A stretch of DNA of 64,000 bases from an uncultured Candidatus Saccharibacteria bacterium. GTDB taxonomy: Bacteria > Patescibacteriota > Doudnabacteria > UBA920. A program made the position numbers and the translations under genes. The stretch is taken from assembly GCA_964617815.1 (NCBI GenBank), contig CAZTXY010000003.1, positions 473-64,472 of the forward strand, read 5' to 3'. Shown piece after piece: positions 17,125 through 27,325 of the stretch (positions are counted from its first letter, which is position 1; every line of letters starts with the position of its first letter). Below the pieces are notes generated by a model that made no database searches, had not been told where the DNA came from, and saw only the letters and a list, made by a program, of their open reading frames with translations.

Positions 17125-20001
17125 ATGCCTACAAAGAAGATAAAAACTACTGACAATGTTAGTAACGCGATTATTATTCGCGGGGCGCGCCAACACAATT
17201 TAAAAAATATTGACGTTGACTTACCACGTAACAAATTGATTGTTATGACCGGTCTTTCCGGTAGTGGTAAGTCTTCTTTAGCTTTTGATACGATTTATGC
17301 AGAGGGTCAGCGTCGTTACGTGGAGTCGCTTTCAGCTTACGCGCGCCAGTTTATTGGTTTGATGGACAAACCAGATGTCGACAAAATTGAAGGACTTAGC
17401 CCTGCCATTTCTATCGATCAAAAATCAGCGAGTCACAACCCGCGTTCAACAGTTGGAACTGTTACTGAAATTTATGACTACTTGCGTTTACTATACGCTC
17501 GTGTCGGTGTGCCCCATTGTCCAGTTTGTGGAAAGAAAATTTCTGGCCAAACCTTGCAAGCCATGACAGACCAGTTGATGAAGCTTCCAGCAGGAACTAA
17601 GCTGGTTTTGCTCGCACCGTTTATACGAGACCAAAAAGGTGAACATAAAGCAGTGTTTGAACAGATTAAGCGTGCTGGTTTTGCGCGTGTGCGAACTGAT
17701 GGCATGCTCATGGACTTGAATGAAGCTCAGGGCTTGAATTTAGATAAGCAAAAAAAACATAGCATAGACGTTGTTATTGACCGCATTACAGTTAGCCCAG
17801 ATGACCGTGGGAGAATTTCTGAAAGTTTAGAAAAAGCTCTTGACCTTGGTGACCAAATTGCAATTGCACTTGTTGGCGAAGAAGGAAAAGCCAAAGAACA
17901 ATTATTATCTCAAAAATTTGCTTGTCCCGACGGGCACATGTCACTTTCTCAGCTGGATCCCCGTGATTTTAGTTTTAACAGTCCGCATGGGGCTTGTCCG
18001 GAATGTAAAGGTTTGGGAACTAAGCTTAATATTGAACCAGAATTAGTAATTCCTAATCAGCGTTTGACACTCGCTGAAGGGGCAGTGCGCCCTTGGAGCA
18101 AAACTACATCAAGACTGACTTGGTATAGCCGAATTATGCAAGCTGTGGCAGAAGAGTACGGCTTCTCTATTAATACTCCGATTAAAGATTTACCAAAAAA
18201 ATATTTGGACGTTATTTTATATGGGACGGGCGACAAAAAAATTCATGTGAAAGGGGAGTCTTCTACGCGCGAGGCGACTTATGAATTTAACACAGCTTTT
18301 GAAGGAGTTATCCCAAATTTAGAACGTCGCTATGGCGAAACAGACTCAGAATACATGCGCGGCGAGATTGAAAATTATATGCGCATTCGAGTTTGCCCAA
18401 CTTGCAACGGCAAGCGTCTTAAGCCTGAAGTCTTGGCAGTTACAGTTGGCGACCGGGGAATTGTCGATGTGTCACAAATGAGCATTGAAGATGCTGATAA
18501 GTTTTTTACAGATCTACCAAAAAAATTGTCGAGCAAGGATATGCAAATTGCCAAATTAATTTTTAAAGAAATTAGCGCAAGGTTAAACTTTTTGCTAAAT
18601 GTTGGTTTGTCGTACTTGTCGCTTGACCGCAGTGCGGACACTCTCTCAGGCGGTGAGGCTCAGCGTATTCGTTTAGCCACTCAAATTGGCTCTGGCCTAA
18701 CTGGTGTGCTCTATATTTTAGACGAGCCTTCAATCGGATTACACCAACGAGACAATGGCAGGCTCTTGCGTACTCTTAAAGAACTACGAGATTTAGGGAA
18801 TACAGTTATTGTTGTTGAACACGACGAAGAAACTATCCGCGAAGCTGACTGGGTTGTTGACATTGGCCCAGGAGCGGGTAAGCATGGCGGGGAGTTAGTT
18901 GCTTTTGGCACGCCTGAGGACGTGGCAAAGAATAAAAATTCATTAACTGGACAGTACTTGTCTGGCACAGAGAGCATAGAAGTACCAAAACGCAGACGTA
19001 GTGGTAATGGCAAAAAAATCTCTGTCATTGGTGCTAGCGAGTTTAATCTTAAAGATGTTAATGTCGACATTCCTCTTGGAAAGTTTGTATGTTTGACCGG
19101 CGTGTCCGGTAGTGGCAAATCCACTTTGCTCAACGACATTGTGGCCAAGGCCTTATCAAAATATTTTTACAACAGCAAAGATGAACCTGGTAAGCACAAG
19201 AAACTTTTAGGAATTGATTCAGTTGATAAAATTATCAACATTGATCAGTCGCCAATTGGTAGAACGCCACGCTCTAACCCAGCGACGTACACGGGCGTGT
19301 TTACATTTATTCGCGATTTATTTGCCGACACTAAAGAAGCTAAAATGAAAGGTTACAAGAGTGGCCGATTTAGTTTTAACGTTCAGGGTGGACGTTGTGA
19401 GCGCTGTAGTGGTGATGGTGTGATTAAAGTTGAGATGAATTTTTTGCCGGATGTTTACATTACTTGTGAGGAATGTAACGGGAAGCGTTACAACCGTGAA
19501 GCTTTGGAAATTCACTACAATGGAAAAACTATTGCAGATGTTTTAGAAATGACTGTCGATGAATCGAAAATGTTTTTTGCTAATCTGCCACCAATTAAGC
19601 GAAAGCTGGATACACTTTCAGAAGTTGGTTTGGGTTATATGCACCTTGGCCAAAATGCCACCACACTTTCGGGTGGTGAAGCACAACGTATTAAGTTGGC
19701 AACCGAGTTGTCACGCGCTTCCACAGGGCGTACTCTCTATATTTTAGATGAGCCAACTACGGGACTTCATTTTGCTGACACTAAGCGTTTGATAATTGTG
19801 CTAAACAAGTTGGTAGAAAAAGGTAATACGGTTGTGGTGATTGAGCATAACTTAGATATGATTAAAACCGCAGACTGGATTATTGACCTTGGGCCGGAAG
19901 GCGGCAATAAAGGCGGCGAAATTGTGGCTGTAGGAACACCTGAAGAAGTGGCGAAAGTCAAAGGCAGTTATACGGGTCAGTATTTGAAAAAGATTTTGTA
20001 G
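17125..20001 (+). CDS. uvrA: Excinuclease ABC subunit A
   Basis: Two ABC ATPase modules ([14 protein letters not shown]... and [14 protein letters not shown]...) with zinc-finger insertions. 958 aa. SD aggag. Confidence 0.95.
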   Translation: MPTKKIKTTDNVSNAIIIRGARQHNLKNIDVDLPRNKLIVMTGLSGSGKSSLAFDTIYAEGQRRYVESLSAYARQFIGLMDKPDVDKIEGLSPAISIDQKSASHNPRSTVGTVTEIYDYLRLLYARVGVPHCPVCGKKISGQTLQAMTDQLMKLPAGTKLVLLAPFIRDQKGEHKAVFEQIKRAGFARVRTDGMLMDLNEAQGLNLDKQKKHSIDVVIDRITVSPDDRGRISESLEKALDLGDQIAIALVGEEGKAKEQLLSQKFACPDGHMSLSQLDPRDFSFNSPHGACPECKGLGTKLNIEPELVIPNQRLTLAEGAVRPWSKTTSRLTWYSRIMQAVAEEYGFSINTPIKDLPKKYLDVILYGTGDKKIHVKGESSTREATYEFNTAFEGVIPNLERRYGETDSEYMRGEIENYMRIRVCPTCNGKRLKPEVLAVTVGDRGIVDVSQMSIEDADKFFTDLPKKLSSKDMQIAKLIFKEISARLNFLLNVGLSYLSLDRSADTLSGGEAQRIRLATQIGSGLTGVLYILDEPSIGLHQRDNGRLLRTLKELRDLGNTVIVVEHDEETIREADWVVDIGPGAGKHGGELVAFGTPEDVAKNKNSLTGQYLSGTESIEVPKRRRSGNGKKISVIGASEFNLKDVNVDIPLGKFVCLTGVSGSGKSTLLNDIVAKALSKYFYNSKDEPGKHKKLLGIDSVDKIINIDQSPIGRTPRSNPATYTGVFTFIRDLFADTKEAKMKGYKSGRFSFNVQGGRCERCSGDGVIKVEMNFLPDVYITCEECNGKRYNREALEIHYNGKTIADVLEMTVDESKMFFANLPPIKRKLDTLSEVGLGYMHLGQNATTLSGGEAQRIKLATELSRASTGRTLYILDEPTTGLHFADTKRLIIVLNKLVEKGNTVVVIEHNLDMIKTADWIIDLGPEGGNKGGEIVAVGTPEEVAKVKGSYTGQYLKKIL

Positions 20002-20013
20002 TTCTAATAATAA

Positions 20014-20078
20014 AAGCCCCGAAATTTCGGGGCTTTAAAAAAAAGGGGCACCCTTTTGCAAAAGGGTGTCCCTTTTAG
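20014..20078 (+). terminator. Tandem intrinsic terminators after uvrA
   Basis: Hairpins gccccgaaatttcggggc and ggggcaccc ttttgcaaaa gggtgtccc, the second followed by tttt. Confidence 0.65.
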
Positions 20079-20080
20079 TA

Positions 20081-20109
20081 TTGACAAAACAGCTAAATTG
20101 TTGTATTAT
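20081..20109 (+). promoter_or_regulatory. Sigma-70-like promoter (TTGACA, 17 nt, TATTAT) for the GC-rich island gene at 20180
   Basis: Consensus -35 and near-consensus -10 with 17-nt spacing. Confidence 0.5.
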
Positions 20110-20179
20110 TTTAAGTTGCATTGACCGGCCAAGTTTTTTAAACTTGGTATTCTGATGTTTCGAATTTGGAGGATTACAC

Positions 20180-20533
20180 ATGTCGAGCGATGACAAAGGC
20201 AAAACGCTTTGGGCCGACTGCGAAAAGAAGGGTCAAGACCTCACTCCGTGCTTCGAGAAGAACAAGGATCTGATCGAGGGGCTTGGTAGCAAGCAGGAAG
20301 TGCCTGCTGGCAAGCCCACTCAGCCACTGGTCCCCACCATCGAGCAGGCCGAACTCGAAAGCACAGAGAAGCCCGATTTCGGTCTGGTGATTATCCAGGG
20401 TTCTTACGGAACCGCTGGGGAGGGAATGGACTCTTTCTTCGAAGAACTGACGACGCCGTGGGTCAATGAGACTCAGCCGCTCAGGCCCATCATCGAGGGG
20501 GCTCTGGCGGCCGACGCAGACGACGACGAATAG
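20180..20533 (+). CDS. Acidic hypothetical protein, 117 aa
   Basis: SD ggagg, 7 nt, then ATG. High-GC codon usage. Terminator hairpin at 20542-20590. Confidence 0.5.
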   Translation: MSSDDKGKTLWADCEKKGQDLTPCFEKNKDLIEGLGSKQEVPAGKPTQPLVPTIEQAELESTEKPDFGLVIIQGSYGTAGEGMDSFFEELTTPWVNETQPLRPIIEGALAADADDDE

Positions 20534-20541
20534 AGATGTGA

Positions 20542-20590
20542 AGCGCGAGTGGAGAGCTGCAGAAATGCAGTCTCTCCACTCGCGCTCTTT
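20542..20590 (+). terminator. Intrinsic terminator (agcgcgagtggagag...ctctccactcgcgct then cttt)
   Basis: 15-bp inverted repeat. Confidence 0.55.
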
Positions 20591-20673
20591 AATTAGTTTA
20601 AAATTGACTTATCGGTCTTAGAAGATTATGGTTGAGTTGAGGGGTTGAATTTTTTGATGAAGGGGGAAGGACA

Positions 20674-21039
20674 ATGAGCACAATATTGCTTGTTGACGGT
20701 GACTACATTCAGCGGCCAGTTTTGGCACGCATGCTCAGTGATGAAGGACGCCAAGTCATCGAGGTGAAAAATGCCGAGGAGGCATTGCAGACACTCCAAG
20801 AGGTTTCTGTGGACTTGGTGATCACAGCCATCAGCCTGTCTCCTCGCATGAACGGCGATCCGTTTTCGGCCGAGCTTCGTGCGGCGGGGCACAAGATGCC
20901 TGTGATCTTGATGAAGAACTACCCCGGCGACGTTGTGGATGAGTCCGCCTATTCTGCGGTACTTCTCAAGCCGCTAGTCTTCGTTCGCATTCACATGGCC
21001 GTCGAGCGGGTGCTGTCTCAGTTCGCAGAAGCGGGCTGA
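20674..21039 (+). CDS. Degenerate stand-alone receiver (REC) domain protein (pseudo-receiver)
   Basis: A clear paralog of the canonical REC protein at 24624. It reads LLVDGD instead of DDD and DLVITA instead of DLVLSD, so the phospho-acceptor Asp is Ala. The conserved Lys (LLKP) is retained. Confidence 0.6.
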   Translation: MSTILLVDGDYIQRPVLARMLSDEGRQVIEVKNAEEALQTLQEVSVDLVITAISLSPRMNGDPFSAELRAAGHKMPVILMKNYPGDVVDESAYSAVLLKPLVFVRIHMAVERVLSQFAEAG

Positions 21040-21198
21040 TTCCTCGCCGCACTCATTCTTCTTGAGCCGTTCTTGTTTCACCTTCGGGTGGGATGAGGGC
21101 GGCTTCTTTGTTTACAAAAAAACAGCGCCGTGTCCCACCGGTGAAGGCGGGGCGTGCGCTGTGTTGCGAAGTGTCATGAAAGCTCAAGTCAGGGAAGC

Positions 21199-22347
21199 TT
21201 AGTCTTGGGCAGTACTCTCTGCCAGCTGTCCCTTGGGAATCTTACTCGCTGGAAGCTGGTAGGCATCGGGTGCGGGAATCAAGGTCGTGACTTCATTGAG
21301 CGCGCCTTGCGTCCAAGTGATTTCATCATCAAGTGCACTGAGAGCCGTCTCAATTTCACTTAACTCCCTGTCCCTTTTTCCGGCCAAGATAGTGAGCCAT
21401 CGTTCATCTCCAAACGTGGCGTAGCCCTGCACTCGCATGAGAAGTGTTTCTTTGCTTTCGCACTTGGCCTTCAGTGTGACCAAGTTGTTCACTCCTCCTT
21501 GCAGTGCTTCCAAGTGCCGGTTGAGGAGTCCGAGCTTTTCGCTCAGGTCTTGTTCCTGAGGGCTGAGGTGTCCTCTGAGTTCCTCACACTCAGAGATTTG
21601 AGCCTCTACACAGTTCAGTAGCGTCTCTCGCTCTGGTAGATCATCATCGTTGAGTTCTTCGATGGCTTGCCGGTCTGCGCGCAATTCGAGAAGATATTCA
21701 TCTAACTCGACGCGCGGTTCGACGACCGCAATCTTGAAGCGTCCTTCCAGATCCACCAGTCTTTTCAAGTAGTCCTTCATGGATTCTTCAAGGTGAAGTT
21801 GAACTTCGCTCAGAAGATAAAGCGGTTCGTTCCAGAAGCGAGAAATTCGTTGGTTGAGCATCTCATCTGCAACCTTGCGGTATCTTTCTACATCATCTTT
21901 CAAGCGCGACAACTCAAGAAGTGGAAAAATTGTGACAATGCTGAGCCAAGAGATGCTGGCAAGGCACGTCCATACCAGGCGAATGGAAAGTGGGTCTGGC
22001 TCAGTTCCGAGGAGAATAAAACTCAGAATTCCTCCAATTATGAAAGCGGGGATAAACATGGCAAAAGCTGGTAAATAGCCAAAGCTGTTTTCTTCCCACC
22101 AGCATTCTCGGAAACAGAATTGGAATCTTTTCCAGAGAGATTGGTTTTGCAGGTCAATCTTCTTTTGGAGAGAGTCCTGTTCTTTGGCGTTCCACTTGCC
22201 AAAGATTTGCGCAGGGATAACTCCCAGCGTTTGTGGGGTAGGTGACCGATCCTCTTTGCTTACGCAAGTGAGGTCGCGGTGAGAGGTGGCAACTTCTTGT
22301 GCCAAATCTCTGAGCTCATCATGCAACACTTCGCTTTCGCTGTTCAT
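21199..22347 (-). CDS. Membrane protein with two TM helices and a long C-terminal coiled-coil region, hypothetical
   Basis: The start is placed at MNSESE, which has SD ggagg 5 nt upstream. Hydrophobic segments LPAFAMFIPAFIIGGILSFILL and SISWLSIVTIFPLL. The C-terminus is heptad-rich. Confidence 0.5.
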   Translation of the reverse strand: MNSESEVLHDELRDLAQEVATSHRDLTCVSKEDRSPTPQTLGVIPAQIFGKWNAKEQDSLQKKIDLQNQSLWKRFQFCFRECWWEENSFGYLPAFAMFIPAFIIGGILSFILLGTEPDPLSIRLVWTCLASISWLSIVTIFPLLELSRLKDDVERYRKVADEMLNQRISRFWNEPLYLLSEVQLHLEESMKDYLKRLVDLEGRFKIAVVEPRVELDEYLLELRADRQAIEELNDDDLPERETLLNCVEAQISECEELRGHLSPQEQDLSEKLGLLNRHLEALQGGVNNLVTLKAKCESKETLLMRVQGYATFGDERWLTILAGKRDRELSEIETALSALDDEITWTQGALNEVTTLIPAPDAYQLPASKIPKGQLAESTAQD

Positions 22348-22517
22348 GTCTGCCTCCAGTTTTTGCCATTTCTGGCTGTGTCTTCCGACCACATAGTATC
22401 TTTTATTTATTGAGTTTTGTCAATACTTTTTGTGAAGAGCGAGGCTTTTCTTTTGTGCTCTTGCAATATATAATAGGTTCCTAGTTAAACTAGAAAAAAA
22501 TCCGCAGGAGGACACAC

Positions 22518-23414
22518 ATGGACACTAGTTGTACGATCGGATCGATTGAGTTTGAGCACCCCATCATGAACGCTGCGGGCTGGTGCAAGAATGCACAGCA
22601 CGCAGAAGAGCTCACGCTCTCAAACAGCTCAGCTGTAGTTTTCGGGTCTATCACCGTTTTGGAGCGCGGAGGGAACGAGGGGAACGTTTTTGTTCCGCCA
22701 CTCAATTCTCTCGGCCTACCAAATCACGGGATGGTTCGTTACCAGCAAGAGCTACCGGCAATCGTGGACAGAGTTCACGAAGCTGGTAAACCTTTCATTC
22801 TCAGCGTGGCTGGCTTTAATCTGTCTGACTTTCGCAAGCTCACTGATCTCGCATGGAGTGTTGGTGCCGATGGTGTTGAGTTGAATTTCGGTTGCCCAAA
22901 TGTTTGGGAAGATGGGAGCCAAAAAAGCCCTGCGTCTTTCCAGCCTGACTTTATCTACCAAACTTTGATGGTAGTGTTGGAGCCGAACTGCGGAGATATC
23001 TTTGTGAAGCTGTCTCCTTATTCGGATCCGTACCAACTCAAGGAGGTTGGGCAGGTCATCAACGAGATTGGTGGTGTGACAGCAGTCGTGACCAGCAACA
23101 CCTTTCCGAATGCTTTGGTTTTTGATGAGGATGGTCGGCCAACGATCTCTGAGGGCAAAGGCTTGGCTGGTTTCAGCGGTCCTGGGTTTATGCCCATTGC
23201 TTTGGGGCAGGTTTTCCAGTTCCGCGCCGCGCTCAACAGTGAGATTGCAGTGATTGGCGTTGGTGGCATCCGAAACGGCCGGGATGTTGCAGACTACATG
23301 AGAGCCGGCGCGTCTGCGGTTCAAGTTGGTACTCATCTCATGTGGCCTGATTCACCAGCTTGTCTTACCTCAATTCTTATCGAGTACACCGATTTCTTGC
23401 AGGGGAAGAAATGA
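22518..23414 (+). CDS. pyrD: Dihydroorotate dehydrogenase, class 1
   Basis: Motifs NAAG, GLPNHG, ELNFGCPN and GVGGIRNGRD. SD aggagg. Confidence 0.8.
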   Translation: MDTSCTIGSIEFEHPIMNAAGWCKNAQHAEELTLSNSSAVVFGSITVLERGGNEGNVFVPPLNSLGLPNHGMVRYQQELPAIVDRVHEAGKPFILSVAGFNLSDFRKLTDLAWSVGADGVELNFGCPNVWEDGSQKSPASFQPDFIYQTLMVVLEPNCGDIFVKLSPYSDPYQLKEVGQVINEIGGVTAVVTSNTFPNALVFDEDGRPTISEGKGLAGFSGPGFMPIALGQVFQFRAALNSEIAVIGVGGIRNGRDVADYMRAGASAVQVGTHLMWPDSPACLTSILIEYTDFLQGKK

Positions 23415-24448
23415 TCCAAGAAAACGTTCTTCAGATGACACTTCGGCGGCCTGATGATTTCCATCATCATTTCCGCGAGGGGGCTATGCTCAATTCTGTC
23501 ATTGAGCATGCGGGGTTGTTTGGTCGAGTTCTGGCGATGCCCAATTTGGCCAAGCCCGTTCTGACAGCTCATGATGCTTTCCGCTATCGCTACGAAATTC
23601 AGTTTGCGATTAGTCAGAAAGCTCGGAGACCGTTTAGGGTTTTGATGACGATTCAGATCACTGAGGCCACAACGCCGGAGATGATCTACGAAGCGCATCG
23701 TGCGGGTGTAGTTGCAGGCAAGGTTTACCCGCTTGGACAGACCACAAACTCTGATGCAGGAGTGACTTCTTACAACAAGCTTTACCTTGTTTTCTGGGCG
23801 ATGCAGGACTGTGGCATGCTACTGCTTCTCCACGGCGAGTTGCCGGATGCTGACATGTATTGCATGAAGCGGGAACGAAAGTTCTTGCCCGTGCTCCGCG
23901 ACATCGCACTTACATTTCCGCGACTTCGTATTGTCATGGAGCATCTTTCCACCCGAGCGGCGGTTCGTGCAGTGCTGAGTCTTCCGGCCAATGTGGCCGG
24001 CACGATTACAGTTCATCACTTACTGTATACGCTCAACGACGTGATGGGTGACAAGTTTCATCCTCATGCCTTCTGCAAGCCAGTGGCCAAGAAACCACGT
24101 GATCTCAAGGCCCTGCTCAAAGCGGCCACCAGTGGCAACCCGAAGTTTTTCTTTGGCTCAGATAGCGCACCACATCTTCGTGGCGCCAAAGAGACTGCGG
24201 ATTGTTGCGCGGGGATTTACTGTCCACCTGACGTTGCGCTTTCACTGCTCGCTGAGATTTTCGAGAGGCGAGGAGCTTCCGACAAACTCGAAGGTTTTAC
24301 TTCCGAGTATGGCGCGAACTACTACGGTCTTGAACCAAACGAGGGCACTATGACTCTCGTCAAGAAGTCGTGGAAGGTTCCAGAAGAGTACAATGGTGTT
24401 GTCCCGCTTTATGCGGGGAGAGAAATCTCATGGCAAGTTCAGTCGTAG
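23411..24448 (+). CDS. pyrC: Dihydroorotase, type II
   Basis: RRPDDFHHHFREG matches E. coli PyrC RRPDDWHLHLRDG. Also KVYPLGQTTNSDAGVTS, LLLHGE and FGSDSAPHLRGAKETADCCAGIY. The start ATG overlaps the pyrD stop (ATGA). Confidence 0.85.
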   Translation: MIQENVLQMTLRRPDDFHHHFREGAMLNSVIEHAGLFGRVLAMPNLAKPVLTAHDAFRYRYEIQFAISQKARRPFRVLMTIQITEATTPEMIYEAHRAGVVAGKVYPLGQTTNSDAGVTSYNKLYLVFWAMQDCGMLLLLHGELPDADMYCMKRERKFLPVLRDIALTFPRLRIVMEHLSTRAAVRAVLSLPANVAGTITVHHLLYTLNDVMGDKFHPHAFCKPVAKKPRDLKALLKAATSGNPKFFFGSDSAPHLRGAKETADCCAGIYCPPDVALSLLAEIFERRGASDKLEGFTSEYGANYYGLEPNEGTMTLVKKSWKVPEEYNGVVPLYAGREISWQVQS

Positions 24449-24452
24449 TCTA

Positions 24453-24491
24453 GGTCGGCCTCTCGAGAAGAGGCCGACCACAATTTTTATT
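24453..24491 (+). terminator. Intrinsic terminator after pyrC (ggtcggcctctcgagaagaggccgacc then acaatttttatt)
   Basis: 10-bp GC stem followed by a T-tract. Confidence 0.65.
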
Positions 24492-24537
24492 AAAGGTGTT
24501 ATTGCTCGTTTATGTAAAAGATGAGATGCCTCGTTCA

Positions 24538-24566
24538 TTGACTTTTGGTTGGATTAGGCATATGAT
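24538..24566 (+). promoter_or_regulatory. Sigma-70-like promoter (TTGACT, 17 nt, TATGAT) upstream of the REC gene
   Basis: Read directly from the sequence. An AT-rich patch inside the GC-rich island. Confidence 0.45.
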
Positions 24567-24623
24567 TGTATGTTAGTTCAGGTTTCATTTCGGAAATTTT
24601 CGGACAAGACGGAGGATGCCATC

Positions 24624-24974
24624 ATGGCAAAGAGAATCTTGATCGTTGACGATGATGCTTCGGTGCGACGGGCATTGGCTCGAATGTTGAGCGTGTTGGG
24701 TTACGAAACCCTACAAGCCGACGGAGGGGCAACGGCTCTGCGAATTCTTTCTGAAGCATCAGTTGATTTGGTGCTTTCGGATTACGTCATGCCGAAGATG
24801 AACGGCGTGGAGCTTGTCTGCGAGCTCCGTCTCGCAGGTCACAGAATGCCTATCGTTATGATCTCTGGGACCCCCGGAGACGTCAGTGACACAACTGATA
24901 TTGTTGCTCTTCTCGGTAAGCCTACCGAGATGGCCCAGCTTCAGGCAACGCTTGAAGCCGCACTTGGGTCGTAG
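24624..24974 (+). CDS. Stand-alone response-regulator receiver domain protein (CheY-like)
   Basis: Canonical ILIVDDD, DLVLSDYVMPKMNG, MISG and LLGKP. SD ggagg 8 nt before the ATG. Confidence 0.7.
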   Translation: MAKRILIVDDDASVRRALARMLSVLGYETLQADGGATALRILSEASVDLVLSDYVMPKMNGVELVCELRLAGHRMPIVMISGTPGDVSDTTDIVALLGKPTEMAQLQATLEAALGS

Positions 24975-25079
24975 AGTGAGTCAGCGCATTTTTCTTTTCT
25001 GAGCCGTTCCATATTTCGCTATCTAGCGGAATTGGGACGGCTCTTCATTTTGTATAAAACAAACAGCGGTCGCTTTGAT

Positions 25080-25496
25080 TTACATCGAGACGACCGCTTG
25101 CTTTTTTAGGTATGCTTGCCGAAAGTGCTCCAAGCCTTCGGGAAACTCACAGTGCTGTAGATACGCCAGAATGTAGTCGGGCGTAAAATCTTTTTTGCCA
25201 AAAAGTTTATGCGACCAGTAACGCGACACGACAATGACTGGTTCGCGTTTTTCTGTGGCCATCACAGCTTCGATGAAAGTTACAGACTGGATGATTTGGC
25301 CACACTCGTCTCGCAGTTCGACTCGAACTGCAGAAATGTCCTTTTGGACAAAGAGGACACAGACCTGAGTGGGACACTCTGGAAGACTCAGTTCGTAGAC
25401 AGCGCGAAAGCGAGTGTCATCGAAGACTGAGACATTCTTCCAAAGGCTAGGAGTGACTCCAGTAGTCAGAAGAAGCACGAGCAAAAAACTGGGCAT
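25080..25496 (-). CDS. Secreted hypothetical protein, 139 aa
   Basis: SD aaggagg, 5 nt, then ATG. N-terminus MPSFLLVLLLTTGVTPSLW is a signal peptide. Confidence 0.45.
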   Translation of the reverse strand: MPSFLLVLLLTTGVTPSLWKNVSVFDDTRFRAVYELSLPECPTQVCVLFVQKDISAVRVELRDECGQIIQSVTFIEAVMATEKREPVIVVSRYWSHKLFGKKDFTPDYILAYLQHCEFPEGLEHFRQAYLKKQAVVSM

Positions 25497-25681
25497 ACAG
25501 ACCTCCTTGGGCAGTAGCACGCTTTTATCATACAAGGTTTCGCTTAGTTTAACTAACTCTTGACATTGGCATGTAAAGTGCTCCAACTCGCATGCTATAA
25601 TAAAAGACTTTGGCAAAGGTCGTGCCAAATAAACTTATTTTTTTGAGATTAAATTTGAAAAAACTAATAAAAAGGACATAT

Positions 25682-27268
25682 ATGAAAACAACAAGCAAAC
25701 TTTTAGTGTCTGGTGGAGCGGCGCTAATTATGGTTTTAGGACTGTTTGGTTCACAAACAGCTCTTGCGGTAGCTCCTCTCCCTGCTCAGTGCCCGGGCAG
25801 TTTGGGCGACTATAATATTATTGAGGGAACATCTGCTAGCCAAACTTTGAATGGTACAGCTGGCAATGACTACATTGTTGGGAATGGTGGCGCTGATACT
25901 GTAAAAGGAAATGGTGGGAACGACTGTGTGGTAACTTTAGGCGGCGCCGATAAAATTACTACAGGCAGTGGTGACGATGTTATTTTAGCCGGTGGAGGTA
26001 CCAACACCATAAATGCAGGTAACGGAAATAACAAAGTTTACACTGGTGATGGCGCCGACACTATTACCACTGGTAGTGGTGACGATGTTGTTGAGGCCGG
26101 TGGTGGAGCTAATAAAGTTACCACTGGTGCTGGAGAAGACACTGTTACTACAGGAGATGGTGCAGACAACATTAAAACGCAGGGCGGTAACGACGTAATT
26201 ACCTCTGGAGCCGGTGGTGATATTATCGACGGTGGGACAGAATGTGATATTATCGACGGTGTTACTGATGACTTTGCATGTGATAACACAGTTCCAGAAG
26301 CGACAATTACTTTAGGTAGCCCAATGTATATTAGTGGCCCAAACATGTACATCACAAGTGCAACTCCTGTAACTGTAGACGTTGTTGATGACTTTGGTCT
26401 ATGGTTTTGTGAAATTTCCTATACCGGTCCAGGTGGGACAACCTTTGTGAAGGGGAGTGTTCCATGTCCTGATGATCAGTATGTATTTATGTTAGTTGGT
26501 CCTGACGGAACTTACACTATTGATGTTAACATTGCCGACTATGGCGACAATACAGACAATGCAACTAAAACAGTAATTCTAGACAACACTGCTCCTGTTA
26601 TTAGTATTGCAACACCTGCTGATGAATCTGCTCATGCACAAGGTGCTGTGGTAAATTCAGATTTTTCTTGCAGTGATGCCGCTAGTGGTGTGGCAACTTG
26701 TGTTGGTACTACCCCAGATGGTAGCCCAATTGACACAGCAACTCTTGGTGCAAAATTATTTACTGTGAATGCCTCAGATAACTTAGGTAACTCTTCTAGT
26801 TTAACCAACGACTACAGCGTGGCTTACGGCTGTAACGGGTTAGTGGCGACAATTCTTGGTGACGGTGGTATCAACTTTTTAGTGGGAACTTCCGGTGACG
26901 ATGTCATTGTCAGCCTCGGTGGTTTTGATACTATTATCGGTAATGGCGGGAATGACACCATTTGTAGTGGCGATGGACCTGACTTAGTTTTTGGCAGTAA
27001 TGGTAATGACTGGGTAGATGGTGGCGAGGGTGATGATACCATTTCAGGTGGTAACGACAATGACACTATTTATGGTGGAGGTGGAAACGATATTATTGGT
27101 GGGAACGATGGAACAGACAGTTTGTTTGGTGGTCCAAGCGGAGATGTTATTAGTGGTGGTAGTGGCAATGACACTATCGACGGTGGTGATGGCTTTGACT
27201 TCATTAACGGAAATAGTGGCACTGACACTTGCACAACTGGTGAGAATTTGACCAGTTGTGAGATTTAA
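25682..27268 (+). CDS. Secreted RTX-type beta-roll (hemolysin-type calcium-binding repeat) protein
   Basis: Sec signal peptide (MKTTSKLLVSGGAALIMVLGLFGSQTALA). Two blocks of 9-residue xGxGxDxUx repeats, for example TGSGDDVIL AGGGTNTIN AGNGNNKVY TGDGADTIT, about 20 units in total. Confidence 0.7.
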   Translation: MKTTSKLLVSGGAALIMVLGLFGSQTALAVAPLPAQCPGSLGDYNIIEGTSASQTLNGTAGNDYIVGNGGADTVKGNGGNDCVVTLGGADKITTGSGDDVILAGGGTNTINAGNGNNKVYTGDGADTITTGSGDDVVEAGGGANKVTTGAGEDTVTTGDGADNIKTQGGNDVITSGAGGDIIDGGTECDIIDGVTDDFACDNTVPEATITLGSPMYISGPNMYITSATPVTVDVVDDFGLWFCEISYTGPGGTTFVKGSVPCPDDQYVFMLVGPDGTYTIDVNIADYGDNTDNATKTVILDNTAPVISIATPADESAHAQGAVVNSDFSCSDAASGVATCVGTTPDGSPIDTATLGAKLFTVNASDNLGNSSSLTNDYSVAYGCNGLVATILGDGGINFLVGTSGDDVIVSLGGFDTIIGNGGNDTICSGDGPDLVFGSNGNDWVDGGEGDDTISGGNDNDTIYGGGGNDIIGGNDGTDSLFGGPSGDVISGGSGNDTIDGGDGFDFINGNSGTDTCTTGENLTSCEI

Positions 27269-27275
27269 GAAAATT

Positions 27276-27315
27276 TAAAAAAACATCCCGATTTAATCGG
27301 GATGTTTTTTTATTT
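27276..27315 (+). terminator. Intrinsic terminator (aaaaaaacatcccgatttaatcgggatgttttttt)
   Basis: Perfect 9-bp stem flanked by A and T runs. Bidirectional. Confidence 0.7.
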
Positions 27316-27325
27316 TAAACTATAT

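Noticed and set aside
16918-17196. 92-aa minus-strand ORF overlapping the uvrA start and promoter
   Set aside because: It overlaps the uvrA SD and start. There is no SD, and the region is otherwise intergenic with a terminator and promoter-like sequences.
22752-23336. 194-aa minus-strand ORF inside pyrD
   Set aside because: Antisense artefact in GC-rich coding sequence.
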